A DNA stretch of 62,351 nt, counting the filler, from Bdellovibrionota bacterium (GTDB taxonomy: Bacteria; Bdellovibrionota; Bdellovibrionia; Bdellovibrionales; JAEYZS01): NCBI GenBank assembly GCA_963169515.1. It is 5 parts of 5 records of this genome, joined end to end, with 100 filler letters (N's around TTAATTAATTAA, not from the genome) between each part and the next. Parts side by side here need not be neighbours in the genome. Positions count along the whole stretch, not along the records: positions 22,305 to 42,269 come from CAUJEF010000046.1; positions 42,370 to 52,506 come from CAUJEF010000047.1; 3 more parts are not named here. The stretch is one strand, 5' to 3'. Below the pieces are notes generated by a model that saw only the letters and a list, made by a program, of their open reading frames with translations, made no database searches and had not been told where the DNA came from. This document shows, piece by piece, positions 38,909-47,320 of the stretch. Position 1 is the stretch's first letter. Every line of letters begins with the position of its first letter. Both the position numbers and the translations under genes were made by a program.

Positions 38909-40099
38909 TCACCTAATTCGCTTTAAGCGGGTCATAAAAAATCCATCATACCCAGTGTCCTCTGGAAAGCAACACCGTTCTTCAATTTGCTCCCAATTCG
39001 AATTTCCATTTAAAAATTTTTCAACAATTTGCTGATTTTCAATCGGCAAAATACTGCATGTTGAGTACACCAGCTCCCCCCCCACCTTGGTCATATTGGA
39101 ATATCTCTTCAAAATATCGGATTGAATAGCTTCCAGTTCTTGAATTTTCTCTGGCGTTAGCTTCCACTTCGTATCTGGATTTCGTCTCAATACTCCAAGA
39201 CCAGTGCAAGGCACATCGAGCAGCACACGATCTGCCGATGCTTCCAATCTTTTGATTACTTTTGTCGAATCAATGACCCGTGTCTCAATAATATCGATGT
39301 GGTTTCGGCGAGCACGCTTTTGCAAGTCATCTAGCTTGTGGCCGTGAATATCAAGGGCGACGACCTTGCCTTTATTGCCCATCAGGGTTGCCAAATGAAG
39401 AGCCTTTCCCCCGGCCCCAGCACAGGCATCAATCACCCGCATTCCTGCTTTTGGGTTCAAAAACGGCGCTACTAATTGCGAGTTGGCGTCTTGAACCTCA
39501 AACAATCCAGATTTGAATGCCTCGGTTACAAAAACATTTTTACGTTCCTTTAAAAGCAATCCTTCCGGATATTCTTCAAGCTCAGACGCCTCAATTCCTT
39601 CTTTTAGCAGACTTTCTCTAAGAACTTTTCGACTGACCTTAAGAGTATTTACTCTTAAAACCACTTCTGCCGGCTCATTGAGCTTTGTCAAGACCGCTGC
39701 CCATCGCCTACCGAGTTGATTTTGACCTAGTTCATCCAGCCAATCCGGAATTGAGTGTTCAACCGCCTGCGAAAAATCTGTGGGCAATTTTAAACTTTTT
39801 AAAAACTCGAACTCTTTTTCAGCAGGAATCTCTTTTTGTCGAAGTTTCCACAAAACGCCTAAAATTTTCCAATGGTCGTTGATATCTGTATTCGGGTTCT
39901 TGCCAACTATAAACCAAAGCTTGCGCCACCACCGAACCATGTCATAGACATTTTCAGCAAAAAATTTTCGATCCCGCGCACCCCATTTGCGATTCACTTT
40001 AAGATAGTGTTCAATGGTTTTATCGGCGTAGCCACCTTCAAAAAAGATGTCGTTTGCAGCCTTAAAAATCTCTAAAATTAAATGCCGATGTATTTTCAC
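38909..40099 (-). CDS. RsmB/NOP family RNA m5C methyltransferase
   Basis: FEVQD..SQ, DACAGAGGK, LLDVPCTG, YSTCS, DGFF. Confidence 0.92.
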   Translation of the reverse strand: MKIHRHLILEIFKAANDIFFEGGYADKTIEHYLKVNRKWGARDRKFFAENVYDMVRWWRKLWFIVGKNPNTDINDHWKILGVLWKLRQKEIPAEKEFEFLKSLKLPTDFSQAVEHSIPDWLDELGQNQLGRRWAAVLTKLNEPAEVVLRVNTLKVSRKVLRESLLKEGIEASELEEYPEGLLLKERKNVFVTEAFKSGLFEVQDANSQLVAPFLNPKAGMRVIDACAGAGGKALHLATLMGNKGKVVALDIHGHKLDDLQKRARRNHIDIIETRVIDSTKVIKRLEASADRVLLDVPCTGLGVLRRNPDTKWKLTPEKIQELEAIQSDILKRYSNMTKVGGELVYSTCSILPIENQQIVEKFLNGNSNWEQIEERCCFPEDTGYDGFFMTRLKRIR

Positions 40100-40137
40100 A
40101 GGAAAGATTTAGATCGCGATCGTTCATGAAGCAACGG

Positions 40138-40839
40138 TTAAAACGTAAATACTGATCCAACAGAAACAAATACACCGTTAAATTGGCCGTCACTCAATAG
40201 GTTGATGTGATTTTTCATGCCCGTCTCAAAAAAGAAACCCGTATTTTCAAAAACATCAAAAAACCGAACGCCGCCCAGAATTTGATAATCAAAGGACAGT
40301 GCGGACTCATCTTCAGCTTGCTTAAAAAACACTCCCAAGCCTACTGCCGCACCAAAATAGAGCGGGAATCCACTCGCAGCATCTGGAAAAATAATTGTCG
40401 GGAACAATAAAGACAATTTGACAAGACGCCCCTTGCTTCCGACAGCATAAGAATTGAAATCGCCGCGAAACAAAAGGTCCATCGAGTTTGTCCACTCACC
40501 GATTCGATAAGTGACACCAGCTGACAGTGACCCTACGTCATTTGCCTCTCCGCTTTGTGCCCAGTTGTATGCAGAATCATCAACAAAAGTACCTAGGTGA
40601 ACAGCTAAATAATGGGTATCCGCGCCAATGCTATTTGAAGAAGGCGATCGCCCATTGGGTTTTACGCCCATATATTTTTCGGCAGCGTTCCGGCCAACAG
40701 GCGCGGGTTGTTTATACGGCATTGTACTGCCGTCAGAGTTCACTTCGACTTGAGCAAACACTGCACTTGCCGTCAGTGTTGTTGCTGTGGTGAGCGCCAC
40801 AAGCCAAACAGTAACCATTTGATTGAACTTCCCCGCCAT
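40138..40839 (-). CDS. Putative outer-membrane beta-barrel protein
   Basis: Signal peptide, alternating beta strands, C-terminal Phe; start uncertain. Confidence 0.7.
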   Translation of the reverse strand: MAGKFNQMVTVWLVALTTATTLTASAVFAQVEVNSDGSTMPYKQPAPVGRNAAEKYMGVKPNGRSPSSNSIGADTHYLAVHLGTFVDDSAYNWAQSGEANDVGSLSAGVTYRIGEWTNSMDLLFRGDFNSYAVGSKGRLVKLSLLFPTIIFPDAASGFPLYFGAAVGLGVFFKQAEDESALSFDYQILGGVRFFDVFENTGFFFETGMKNHINLLSDGQFNGVFVSVGSVFTF

Positions 40840-40960
40840 AAGTGGGCCTATTAGACACAATAAATTATCTTTTGGCAATATGCAAAATATTCAACAGTCT
40901 TGACCCTTTAGCATGATCTACCCTAAAACTAGAACACCCAATCGAGGGGGGGATAAAAAT

Positions 40961-41425
40961 ATGAGATGTCCGTACTGCAAGCACTCTGATGATCGCGTCT
41001 TAGATACTCGCGTTCATAAAGATGGAGAAATTATCAAACGTCGCCGCGAATGTCTTAAATGCAAAGGCCGCTTTACCACTCAAGAAGTTTTGATTTTATC
41101 TTATCCTTCTGTTGTAAAAAAAGATGGCAGACGAGAGGCATTTGCAAAAGAAAAAGTTCTTCACGGAATACAAATGGCCTGCCAAAAAAGACCCGTTCCG
41201 TTGGCACAACTGGACCAACTGGTTGAACGTATGTCTGCATGGGCGTTGGAACAAAACGAGAAAGAAATTTCATCAAACAGCATCGGCCAGCGCGTTACCG
41301 TTGAGTTGAAAAAGCTCGATGATGTGGCCTATGTCCGTTTTGCGAGCGTTTATAAGACCTTCCGTGATGTAAACGAGTTTGTACAATCGCTGGATAAAAC
41401 AAAATCGAAAGACTTGGATATCTAA
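40961..41425 (+). CDS. nrdR: Transcriptional repressor NrdR
   Basis: MRCPYC, RRRECLKC..RFTT, VAYVRFASVY. Confidence 0.96.
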   Translation: MRCPYCKHSDDRVLDTRVHKDGEIIKRRRECLKCKGRFTTQEVLILSYPSVVKKDGRREAFAKEKVLHGIQMACQKRPVPLAQLDQLVERMSAWALEQNEKEISSNSIGQRVTVELKKLDDVAYVRFASVYKTFRDVNEFVQSLDKTKSKDLDI

Positions 41426-41429
41426 AAAT

Positions 41430-41846
41430 ATGTTGGCCCGCAGAAAAGCCCGTGAATTTGCGCTTCAGTTCTTATTTTCTGAAGAATTCAGAAATACGAA
41501 AGATTTAAATAAAGATCTCAATATTTTCAAAAAAAATTTTGAGATTGATAATGACGTGTTTTCATATACAGAAGAAATCGTCCACGGCGTATTCGAAAAT
41601 CAATCAACAATTGACAAACTAATCGAAGACAATTTGAAAAGCTGGAAGCTTGATCGAATTTCCCATGTCGAAAGAAATATTTTGCGTCTTTCCATTTATG
41701 AAATCATCTTCAAAAAAATCGATCCCGTTCCCTTTAAAGCATCAATTAACGAAGCCCTCGAAATCGCCAAAAAGTTTGGAAACACCGAATCCAGCCGATT
41801 TATAAATGGAATCCTTGACCAGATAGCAAAAACCGCTCACCCTTAG
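41430..41846 (+). CDS. nusB: Transcription antitermination factor NusB
   Basis: RRKARE.ALQ, INEALEIAKKFG, FINGILD. Confidence 0.95.
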   Translation: MLARRKAREFALQFLFSEEFRNTKDLNKDLNIFKKNFEIDNDVFSYTEEIVHGVFENQSTIDKLIEDNLKSWKLDRISHVERNILRLSIYEIIFKKIDPVPFKASINEALEIAKKFGNTESSRFINGILDQIAKTAHP

Positions 41847-41849
41847 GGG

Positions 41850-42245
41850 ATGGAACTGACTCACCTAACTCCTTTCACTGCACTTTCAACCGCCGCCGAT
41901 CTTTGGGTCGTGTCCGATATTCAAAAATCGAGGTGGACCCAAGAAATCGATTATTATATAAATTTTCAAATCACGCGAGCTCAAAACAGAACAAGACAAG
42001 CGATGGATCCCCAGCTGCAGAAAATTATGACAAAAGAATCCGTCGAAGGATCTATAGACGCAGTAGCGGGGCCTCTTATGATTGTTCCACATAGTAATAA
42101 CCTACCAGCAAAATGCATCCTCTATTTAAACGCAACTGATGATTGGTTTGAAAAAGCAAACGACGTTTGGAATAATCTAAAGCGTCCATCTGTAAAATTA
42201 TTTTTGCCCGCTTCTTTTGCCCACAAAAGTATTCGGGGCGACTGA
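41850..42245 (+). CDS. Hypothetical protein
   Basis: Coupled to nusB; ends near contig end. Confidence 0.7.
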   Translation: MELTHLTPFTALSTAADLWVVSDIQKSRWTQEIDYYINFQITRAQNRTRQAMDPQLQKIMTKESVEGSIDAVAGPLMIVPHSNNLPAKCILYLNATDDWFEKANDVWNNLKRPSVKLFLPASFAHKSIRGD

Positions 42246-42269
42246 GCAAGCGAGTGTCCAGTCTATTTT

Positions 42270-42369
42270 NNNNNNNNNNNNNNNNNNNNNNNNNNNNNNN
42301 NNNNNNNNNNNNNTTAATTAATTAANNNNNNNNNNNNNNNNNNNNNNNNNNNNNNNNNNNNNNNNNNNN
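42270..42369. other. Artificial contig linker
   Basis: N44-TTAATTAATTAA-N44. Confidence 0.98.
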
Positions 42370-42510
42370 CCCTTGCGATACCAAAACATCGAATTCTCGA
42401 AGTTTCATGATCGCTTGTTCTGTCGTATATTTAACTCTGGACATATTTCGCCTCCCTTTTCCTTGTATCACAGCCTTATTGGGCTGGACTAGTTTTTGGG
42501 GGGCAGGTCA
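42370..42510 (-). mobile_element. IS3-family (IS407-like) element, left end and start of OrfA, cut by contig end
   Basis: Minus-strand terminus TGACCTGCCCCCCAAAAACTAGTCCAG; GGGAGG RBS; ATG 42444 encodes MSRVKYTTEQAIMKLREFDVLVSQG. Confidence 0.85.
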
Positions 42511-42511
42511 G

Positions 42512-42607
42512 TTGGCCTTCGCAATCACCCCTGATTACCTCCGTGACTACTCTCCCCCGACATACGGTGGAAAGTAGTCACGGAGACGGGGTGAAAGCTA
42601 CGGCCAA
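42512..42607. repeat. Long imperfect inverted repeat (extended hairpin)
   Basis: TTGGCC..TCACCCC..CTCCGTGACTAC...GTAGTCACGGAG..GGGGTGA..GGCCAA. Confidence 0.85.
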
Positions 42608-42706
42608 AAAGATAAAAGATCGGAGGAATATCAAATGAAGTAGTTAGTTGAAGGATAGGAAAAGTCGGAGGGGAAAAGAATAAAAATTTTAAACGGAGCA
42701 ATAGAA

Positions 42707-42847
42707 ATGGATATTGAAATCAATCCTATTGCGATCCAGCTAAAACACTATAATCAAAATATCGCAAATTTAATTGAACACCTGCTGACGCTTGACCAAG
42801 AAATGTTCGGAGCCGATAAGGACCATGATCCGAAGGGGGCCGCATGA
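42707..42847 (+). CDS. 46-aa ORF translationally coupled to the recombinase
   Basis: GGAG RBS; MDIEINPIAIQLKHYNQNIANLIEHLLTLDQEMFGADKDHDPKGAA; ATGA overlap at 42844-42847. Confidence 0.6.
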   Translation: MDIEINPIAIQLKHYNQNIANLIEHLLTLDQEMFGADKDHDPKGAA

Positions 42848-44535
42848 AGAAAATTGCCTTATACATTCGCGTATCGACTGAAGAGCAAGCCAGAGTTCAA
42901 GATGGTTCGCTTGTTTCACAGCGAAAGCGCTTAGAAGAATATGTCGACGGACAAAACCGCCGGGACCACGGGTGGGGCCAGATCGTCGATGTTTATGTTG
43001 ACGAGGGGCGGTCTGCCAAAGACATGAATCGCCCTGAGTTCCAAAGACTCCTAAGCGACGTTCGCACAGGCAAGATCAATTTGATTCTTTCAACTGAGCT
43101 TTCTCGTATGTCGCGTTCGATCCGTGATTTTTGTGACATCTGGGATTTATTTAAAAAACATAACGCTAACTTCATCACGCTCCGTGAGCAGTTTGATACG
43201 ACCAGTGCCGCTGGAGAGATGATGGTCTTTAACCTTATCAACTTTGCGCAGTTTGAGCGCAAGCAAACGGGTGAAAGAATTGCTGCCAATTTCAAGTCGC
43301 GTGCCGAGCGAGGGCTTTGGAATGGTGGGCAAATCCCGCTTGGGTACAAGCGGGATTCTAGTCATGCAGGGCGCTTGGCCGTTCACCAGAGAGAATCAAA
43401 AATAGTAAAACTCATTTTTAAGCAGTTCTTGAAGACAAGGAATTTGCGAGACACCTGCATCAAGCTTAGTGAACAGGGTTTTAGGACAAAGAAATACACC
43501 AACTCCAAAGGTAAGGAAGTTGGTGGCAACTATTTCACTGTTCAAAGCCTTCATCATCTTTTAACCAATGCCACTTTTGTCGGGCAACGTGAGATCAATA
43601 AAAAGCGGGGCGACTTGAGACTTGTAAAAGCCTCTTGGCCTGGGATCATCACAAAGTCTGAGTTCGACAGTGTTCAAAAGCAGCTTCTTAAAAACAAGCG
43701 CCGCTTTAAACCTGATGACTGGAAAACATATTCTTACCCACTAACGGGCCTCGCCGTATGTGGCGAGTGCGGCAAAACCCTTAACGGCAAGTCTGCTCAC
43801 GGTAAAACGCAAAAGCATCACTACTACGATCATCCACGCACATTGCGCGGTGATGGCCTTGGGCACACTCATAAGTGTCGCATTCAGCGATTGCGCGCGC
43901 CTAGAGTTGAAGAAATGGTGCTCACCCAACTTAAAACACTTCTATCTGATCCTGCTAAAATCAACGAAGCTGTGGCGATCTACCACAGGGCTAGAAGTAA
44001 AAATAAACCCATTGAGCTTCATGGCTTAAGAGTCGTAACTGATGAATTGAAATCTCTTGAAACAAAGCAGTCAAACCTCATCGCTCGAATTTCTGAGCTG
44101 CCTGCGAAAGTTTCAGCTGAACCTTTTTATAAACAGCTCTCGCTCGTTCAAGAGCAAATCAATGAGCGCGCACGCCTTAAAGAAAATCTACTGACCCAAT
44201 CAAGAGAAGCTGAAAATGCTAAAGTGTTACCTGCTAACATCACCCTTAGAATTCAGCGCACAGTTGAGGCGCTAGAAAAAGTTCCAGTCGCCAAACAACG
44301 TAGTATTTTCGAAAACCTGATCCAATTTGCTGAATTTCATCCGAATAAACTAAGACTTGGCGTCTATACAACTGCGGGGGCTGCGAAAAGCAGCTCTCGA
44401 TTTCAAACAATCGTGGGTTCGCATACTATCAAAGTTGGCGGAGAGGGTGGGATTCGAACCCACGTTACGCTTTCACGTAAACACGCGTTCCAGGCGTGCG
44501 CCATCAACCACTCGGCCACCTCTCCCCGGACATAG
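42844..44535 (+). CDS. Large serine recombinase (integrase); 3' end reads through tRNA-Ser antisense
   Basis: YIRVSTEEQ catalytic Ser, RPEFQRLL, LSRMSR, PLGY recombinase domain, CGECG Zn ribbon, coiled coil. Confidence 0.93.
   Translation: MKKIALYIRVSTEEQARVQDGSLVSQRKRLEEYVDGQNRRDHGWGQIVDVYVDEGRSAKDMNRPEFQRLLSDVRTGKINLILSTELSRMSRSIRDFCDIWDLFKKHNANFITLREQFDTTSAAGEMMVFNLINFAQFERKQTGERIAANFKSRAERGLWNGGQIPLGYKRDSSHAGRLAVHQRESKIVKLIFKQFLKTRNLRDTCIKLSEQGFRTKKYTNSKGKEVGGNYFTVQSLHHLLTNATFVGQREINKKRGDLRLVKASWPGIITKSEFDSVQKQLLKNKRRFKPDDWKTYSYPLTGLAVCGECGKTLNGKSAHGKTQKHHYYDHPRTLRGDGLGHTHKCRIQRLRAPRVEEMVLTQLKTLLSDPAKINEAVAIYHRARSKNKPIELHGLRVVTDELKSLETKQSNLIARISELPAKVSAEPFYKQLSLVQEQINERARLKENLLTQSREAENAKVLPANITLRIQRTVEALEKVPVAKQRSIFENLIQFAEFHPNKLRLGVYTTAGAAKSSSRFQTIVGSHTIKVGGEGGIRTHVTLSRKHAFQACAINHSATSPRT
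44412..44464. mobile_element. Putative hybrid att junction at tRNA 3' end
   Basis: CGTGGGTTCG (44412-21) and CGAACCCACG (44455-64) inverted, centred at 44438 in the CCA. Confidence 0.65.
44436..44525 (-). tRNA. tRNA-Ser(GGA)
   Basis: GGAGAGGTGGCCGAGTGG...CACGC-CTGGAAC-GCGTG, long variable arm, GTTCGAATCC, CCTCTCCGCCA. Confidence 0.97.
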
Positions 44536-44633
44536 AGCGCAAATAATTTTCAATAGTTATAGTGCAATTGATTGACTATTGGAATTAAAAAATGGACAGG
44601 CGGAGAACAAAATATCAGAGCCCATGCTTTCGA

Positions 44634-45392
44634 TTACTGTTTTTTTAAGAGCCGTCTAAGAAGAAAATAGTAATTATGAGGCATGAGCTCTCCGTACGAG
44701 GAATTACACATTAACGAATGCATTAGGCAGTCCATTTTTCCTGAAATGGTTTGATATTCATCCCCCAAACCGAGCATATGCCCAAGCTCGTGTGCAAAAG
44801 CGATAGAAGACCAATCCCTTCCCCAATTTGTATCATAAGGGCCGCGAGTTGAATCCAGTACGTTTACAGAATAGTGCGCTTCCGCCTTGTTTCTGACAAA
44901 CTCAAACTTAAAGCTGTAAGAAAAGTCTGTAGGGATACGGCGTAAGTTCCATAGATCTTCGGCCTGTTTGATTCGGTTGTTGAAATTCCACCAGTCCACC
45001 TCGGTTGCATTTTTGAGATGGATTTTAATCGAAAACACGCGGCGGCCGTCCTTCAACATTAAAATATCATGAATATACTTCCTGGGGAAAAAACCAGCAT
45101 AAGTAATCTTGCCTTCGATTCTAGTGATTGTAGAAAGATTTTGGTTCTTAATCATATCCGGGTGTGGAAAAGTTTTGTAAGAGTCTTTGGTATGCACTGA
45201 AAAACTTTTTTCGGCTCGAGAGGGATTTTCTTGCTGGTCCGCCACCGGCATAATTATTTCATATAACCAACGCAGATCTTCGGGGAATCGTTCTACAGAC
45301 TCGAATTCAGTTGATGAAGGTTGAGCATAATCTTCTACCAATGGTTCCGCTTGTACAAAAACAGTTAAAAATGCCAGAAGTAACAGCACCAA
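44634..45392 (-). CDS. Secreted zinc metalloprotease-like protein
   Basis: Signal peptide; AHELGHMLGLGDEY, SLM Met-turn; GGAGG before TTG. Confidence 0.8.
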   Translation of the reverse strand: MVLLLLAFLTVFVQAEPLVEDYAQPSSTEFESVERFPEDLRWLYEIIMPVADQQENPSRAEKSFSVHTKDSYKTFPHPDMIKNQNLSTITRIEGKITYAGFFPRKYIHDILMLKDGRRVFSIKIHLKNATEVDWWNFNNRIKQAEDLWNLRRIPTDFSYSFKFEFVRNKAEAHYSVNVLDSTRGPYDTNWGRDWSSIAFAHELGHMLGLGDEYQTISGKMDCLMHSLMCNSSYGELMPHNYYFLLRRLLKKQ

Positions 45393-45558
45393 TTGCCCTC
45401 CCCCAAGTGTAAACTGTATGGCGAGCTTTAATTAAAGGGCAAGGAGTAAGTGTTAATTAAAATTATCGAATACTTTTACAGTTGTTTAAAAAGAATTAAC
45501 CGCGTCTCAATGTGATGCGGTTTAAATGCTTTAAATCTATGAAATAACAAGTGAAATC

Positions 45559-45574
45559 TGGATCCCGGTTTGCA
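45559..45574 (+). promoter_or_regulatory. Putative sigma54 promoter
   Basis: TGGATCCCGGTTTGCA; implies the real start is 45587 or 45614, not 45551. Confidence 0.55.
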
Positions 45575-45586
45575 TATTTTAAAGCT

Positions 45587-46543
45587 ATGCATAAACCGAT
45601 TTATTTGAATATCATGGCCCTGCTCAGAAGATATGTTCCCAGGGGAGCTCTCGCGCTTTTATGCATTTCCGTCCTTGTAATCCCATTCCAAAATTGTTCG
45701 AATAAAGGACAATTGGACCTATCAGGCATCGGGAAGCAAGCGGTACCATCGGTTCCTGCCCCTGCGTACATCGATCCCGAATCTCCAGACGGTGCGACCC
45801 AACTCGGATACGATAATATCGTGCAAGATTCAGAACGAGGCTCTGTCTTTCAGGTTACGGGTGCTAGCACCATCATTTCGGATATGCGGATCAAAGTTGA
45901 TATGCAAACACACTATCGCTTGAGCGGTCGATTTAAGTCCATCGGCACAACTCCTTCGAAAATATATTTTGGTGTTACAACTTTCAGGTCGGACGGAGCC
46001 CACATCGAATCATGGGAGGGTACTCGAACCGGCTTTCCTGCTATGATCGACTCGGTTACGCCAACGACAATCAATACCAGAACAGACCTTATAGGTTGGT
46101 ACACGGGATCGGTTTCGTCATATTACAAAGCCATTGGATTTTACTTTAACGGCGATACGAATCGTCTCCCAGACTATGTTCTCACAAATTGGGGAACGGG
46201 TGCGATCGCGAATGAAGCCGGAGTATATAGTACGGCAACCGGTCGAGCGGTCATTTTGAATATTCCGGTCCCCGCTTCTGTTCAAGCGCAAATCACTCCA
46301 AACACACGAATATATAACCACTATGCCGGGGGTACTTACGTTTATACGGCGGCAGGAAATGACACGGTGAGCACGACATGGCAGGAATTTTCTGGATCTA
46401 TATCAGGATTTGATATGCAAAATTCGATTAATCGATTCCGGGTAGGTACGGACAACATTGGCTTTTTAATTCTGGCAAATTATTCACAAGATAATACCGC
46501 AATACTGCTGGTTGATGACCTGAGGTTTGAAGTTGTCCCATAA
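45587..46543 (+). CDS. FQNC-type lipoprotein with carbohydrate-binding/jelly-roll-like domain
   Basis: PFQNC; IKVD...YRLSGRFKS.G....IYFG; W.EFSG.I.G; VDDLRFE. Confidence 0.7.
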   Translation: MHKPIYLNIMALLRRYVPRGALALLCISVLVIPFQNCSNKGQLDLSGIGKQAVPSVPAPAYIDPESPDGATQLGYDNIVQDSERGSVFQVTGASTIISDMRIKVDMQTHYRLSGRFKSIGTTPSKIYFGVTTFRSDGAHIESWEGTRTGFPAMIDSVTPTTINTRTDLIGWYTGSVSSYYKAIGFYFNGDTNRLPDYVLTNWGTGAIANEAGVYSTATGRAVILNIPVPASVQAQITPNTRIYNHYAGGTYVYTAAGNDTVSTTWQEFSGSISGFDMQNSINRFRVGTDNIGFLILANYSQDNTAILLVDDLRFEVVP

Positions 46544-46550
46544 GGAGCTT

Positions 46551-47249
46551 ATGGTTTTATTTTCAATTATATTTGCGTCTATAAATTCAATGGCCAATCC
46601 GGCAATGGACATTGTCATGGCACATCCGACCAGGAATTCGATCACGTTTGATCAGACACTGATAGAGCTATTAGGGAAGCCTTATAACGAAGAGAAAGTA
46701 ATGTTATTAAAAAAATATGAGCTTCAGGGGGCACAGGAAAAAACAGGCGAACAGTACAGCAATATTCGAAATAAATATAATTCCATTGTTGTGGAAAGGG
46801 ACCCACAAGGCAATTTGCGAAACATTATTCATAACTTTCCAACCAAGGATGGATTACAAAGCGAAAATTTAAGTATTCCGAACAAAGCAGTGACTTACTG
46901 CGGTTTTAATCTTCAGGGGAGAGCCACGGGTTGTCTAACGCAGTCACAGTATGTGTGCGATATTATGAATTTAAGGAATCGAGACCAGTATATGTTGGAT
47001 CAGGTTTCGACAGCCCATCGGCAAGGAGTTTTAGCCATACAGAAATCACTTCCGGGCTTTTATCGAAGAAAACTCGGCAAACACCGTTATGCATTTTCTA
47101 AAATAAAAAATTCGCTTGATCCAAAAAACAAAGGCGCCTTGATGCAGGTGTGTGACACCAACATCGCATATATAAATCAAATTTTTACGGCGCAACCGAT
47201 GTCTACGCCTGCGGCAGCAGTAAATCCTGTTGTGGACGGAACAAAATAG
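46551..47249 (+). CDS. Hypothetical secreted protein
   Basis: TAAGGAG RBS before ATG 46551; signal peptide. Confidence 0.7.
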   Translation: MVLFSIIFASINSMANPAMDIVMAHPTRNSITFDQTLIELLGKPYNEEKVMLLKKYELQGAQEKTGEQYSNIRNKYNSIVVERDPQGNLRNIIHNFPTKDGLQSENLSIPNKAVTYCGFNLQGRATGCLTQSQYVCDIMNLRNRDQYMLDQVSTAHRQGVLAIQKSLPGFYRRKLGKHRYAFSKIKNSLDPKNKGALMQVCDTNIAYINQIFTAQPMSTPAAAVNPVVDGTK

Positions 47250-47320
47250 TAAAATCCAGGACGAAAGCACAGTTTTGTGCACGTAAGAAATGCGTTACCA
47301 TGAAGTAACTGGAGTACAGA

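Noticed and set aside
38782..38912. Short open frames between the convergent VWA and RsmB genes
   Set aside because: No convincing RBS/start and no recognisable motif
42250..42269. GTGTCCAGTCTATTTT at contig end resembling an IS3 inner end
   Set aside because: Too short, lacks the terminal CA and does not match the left IR well
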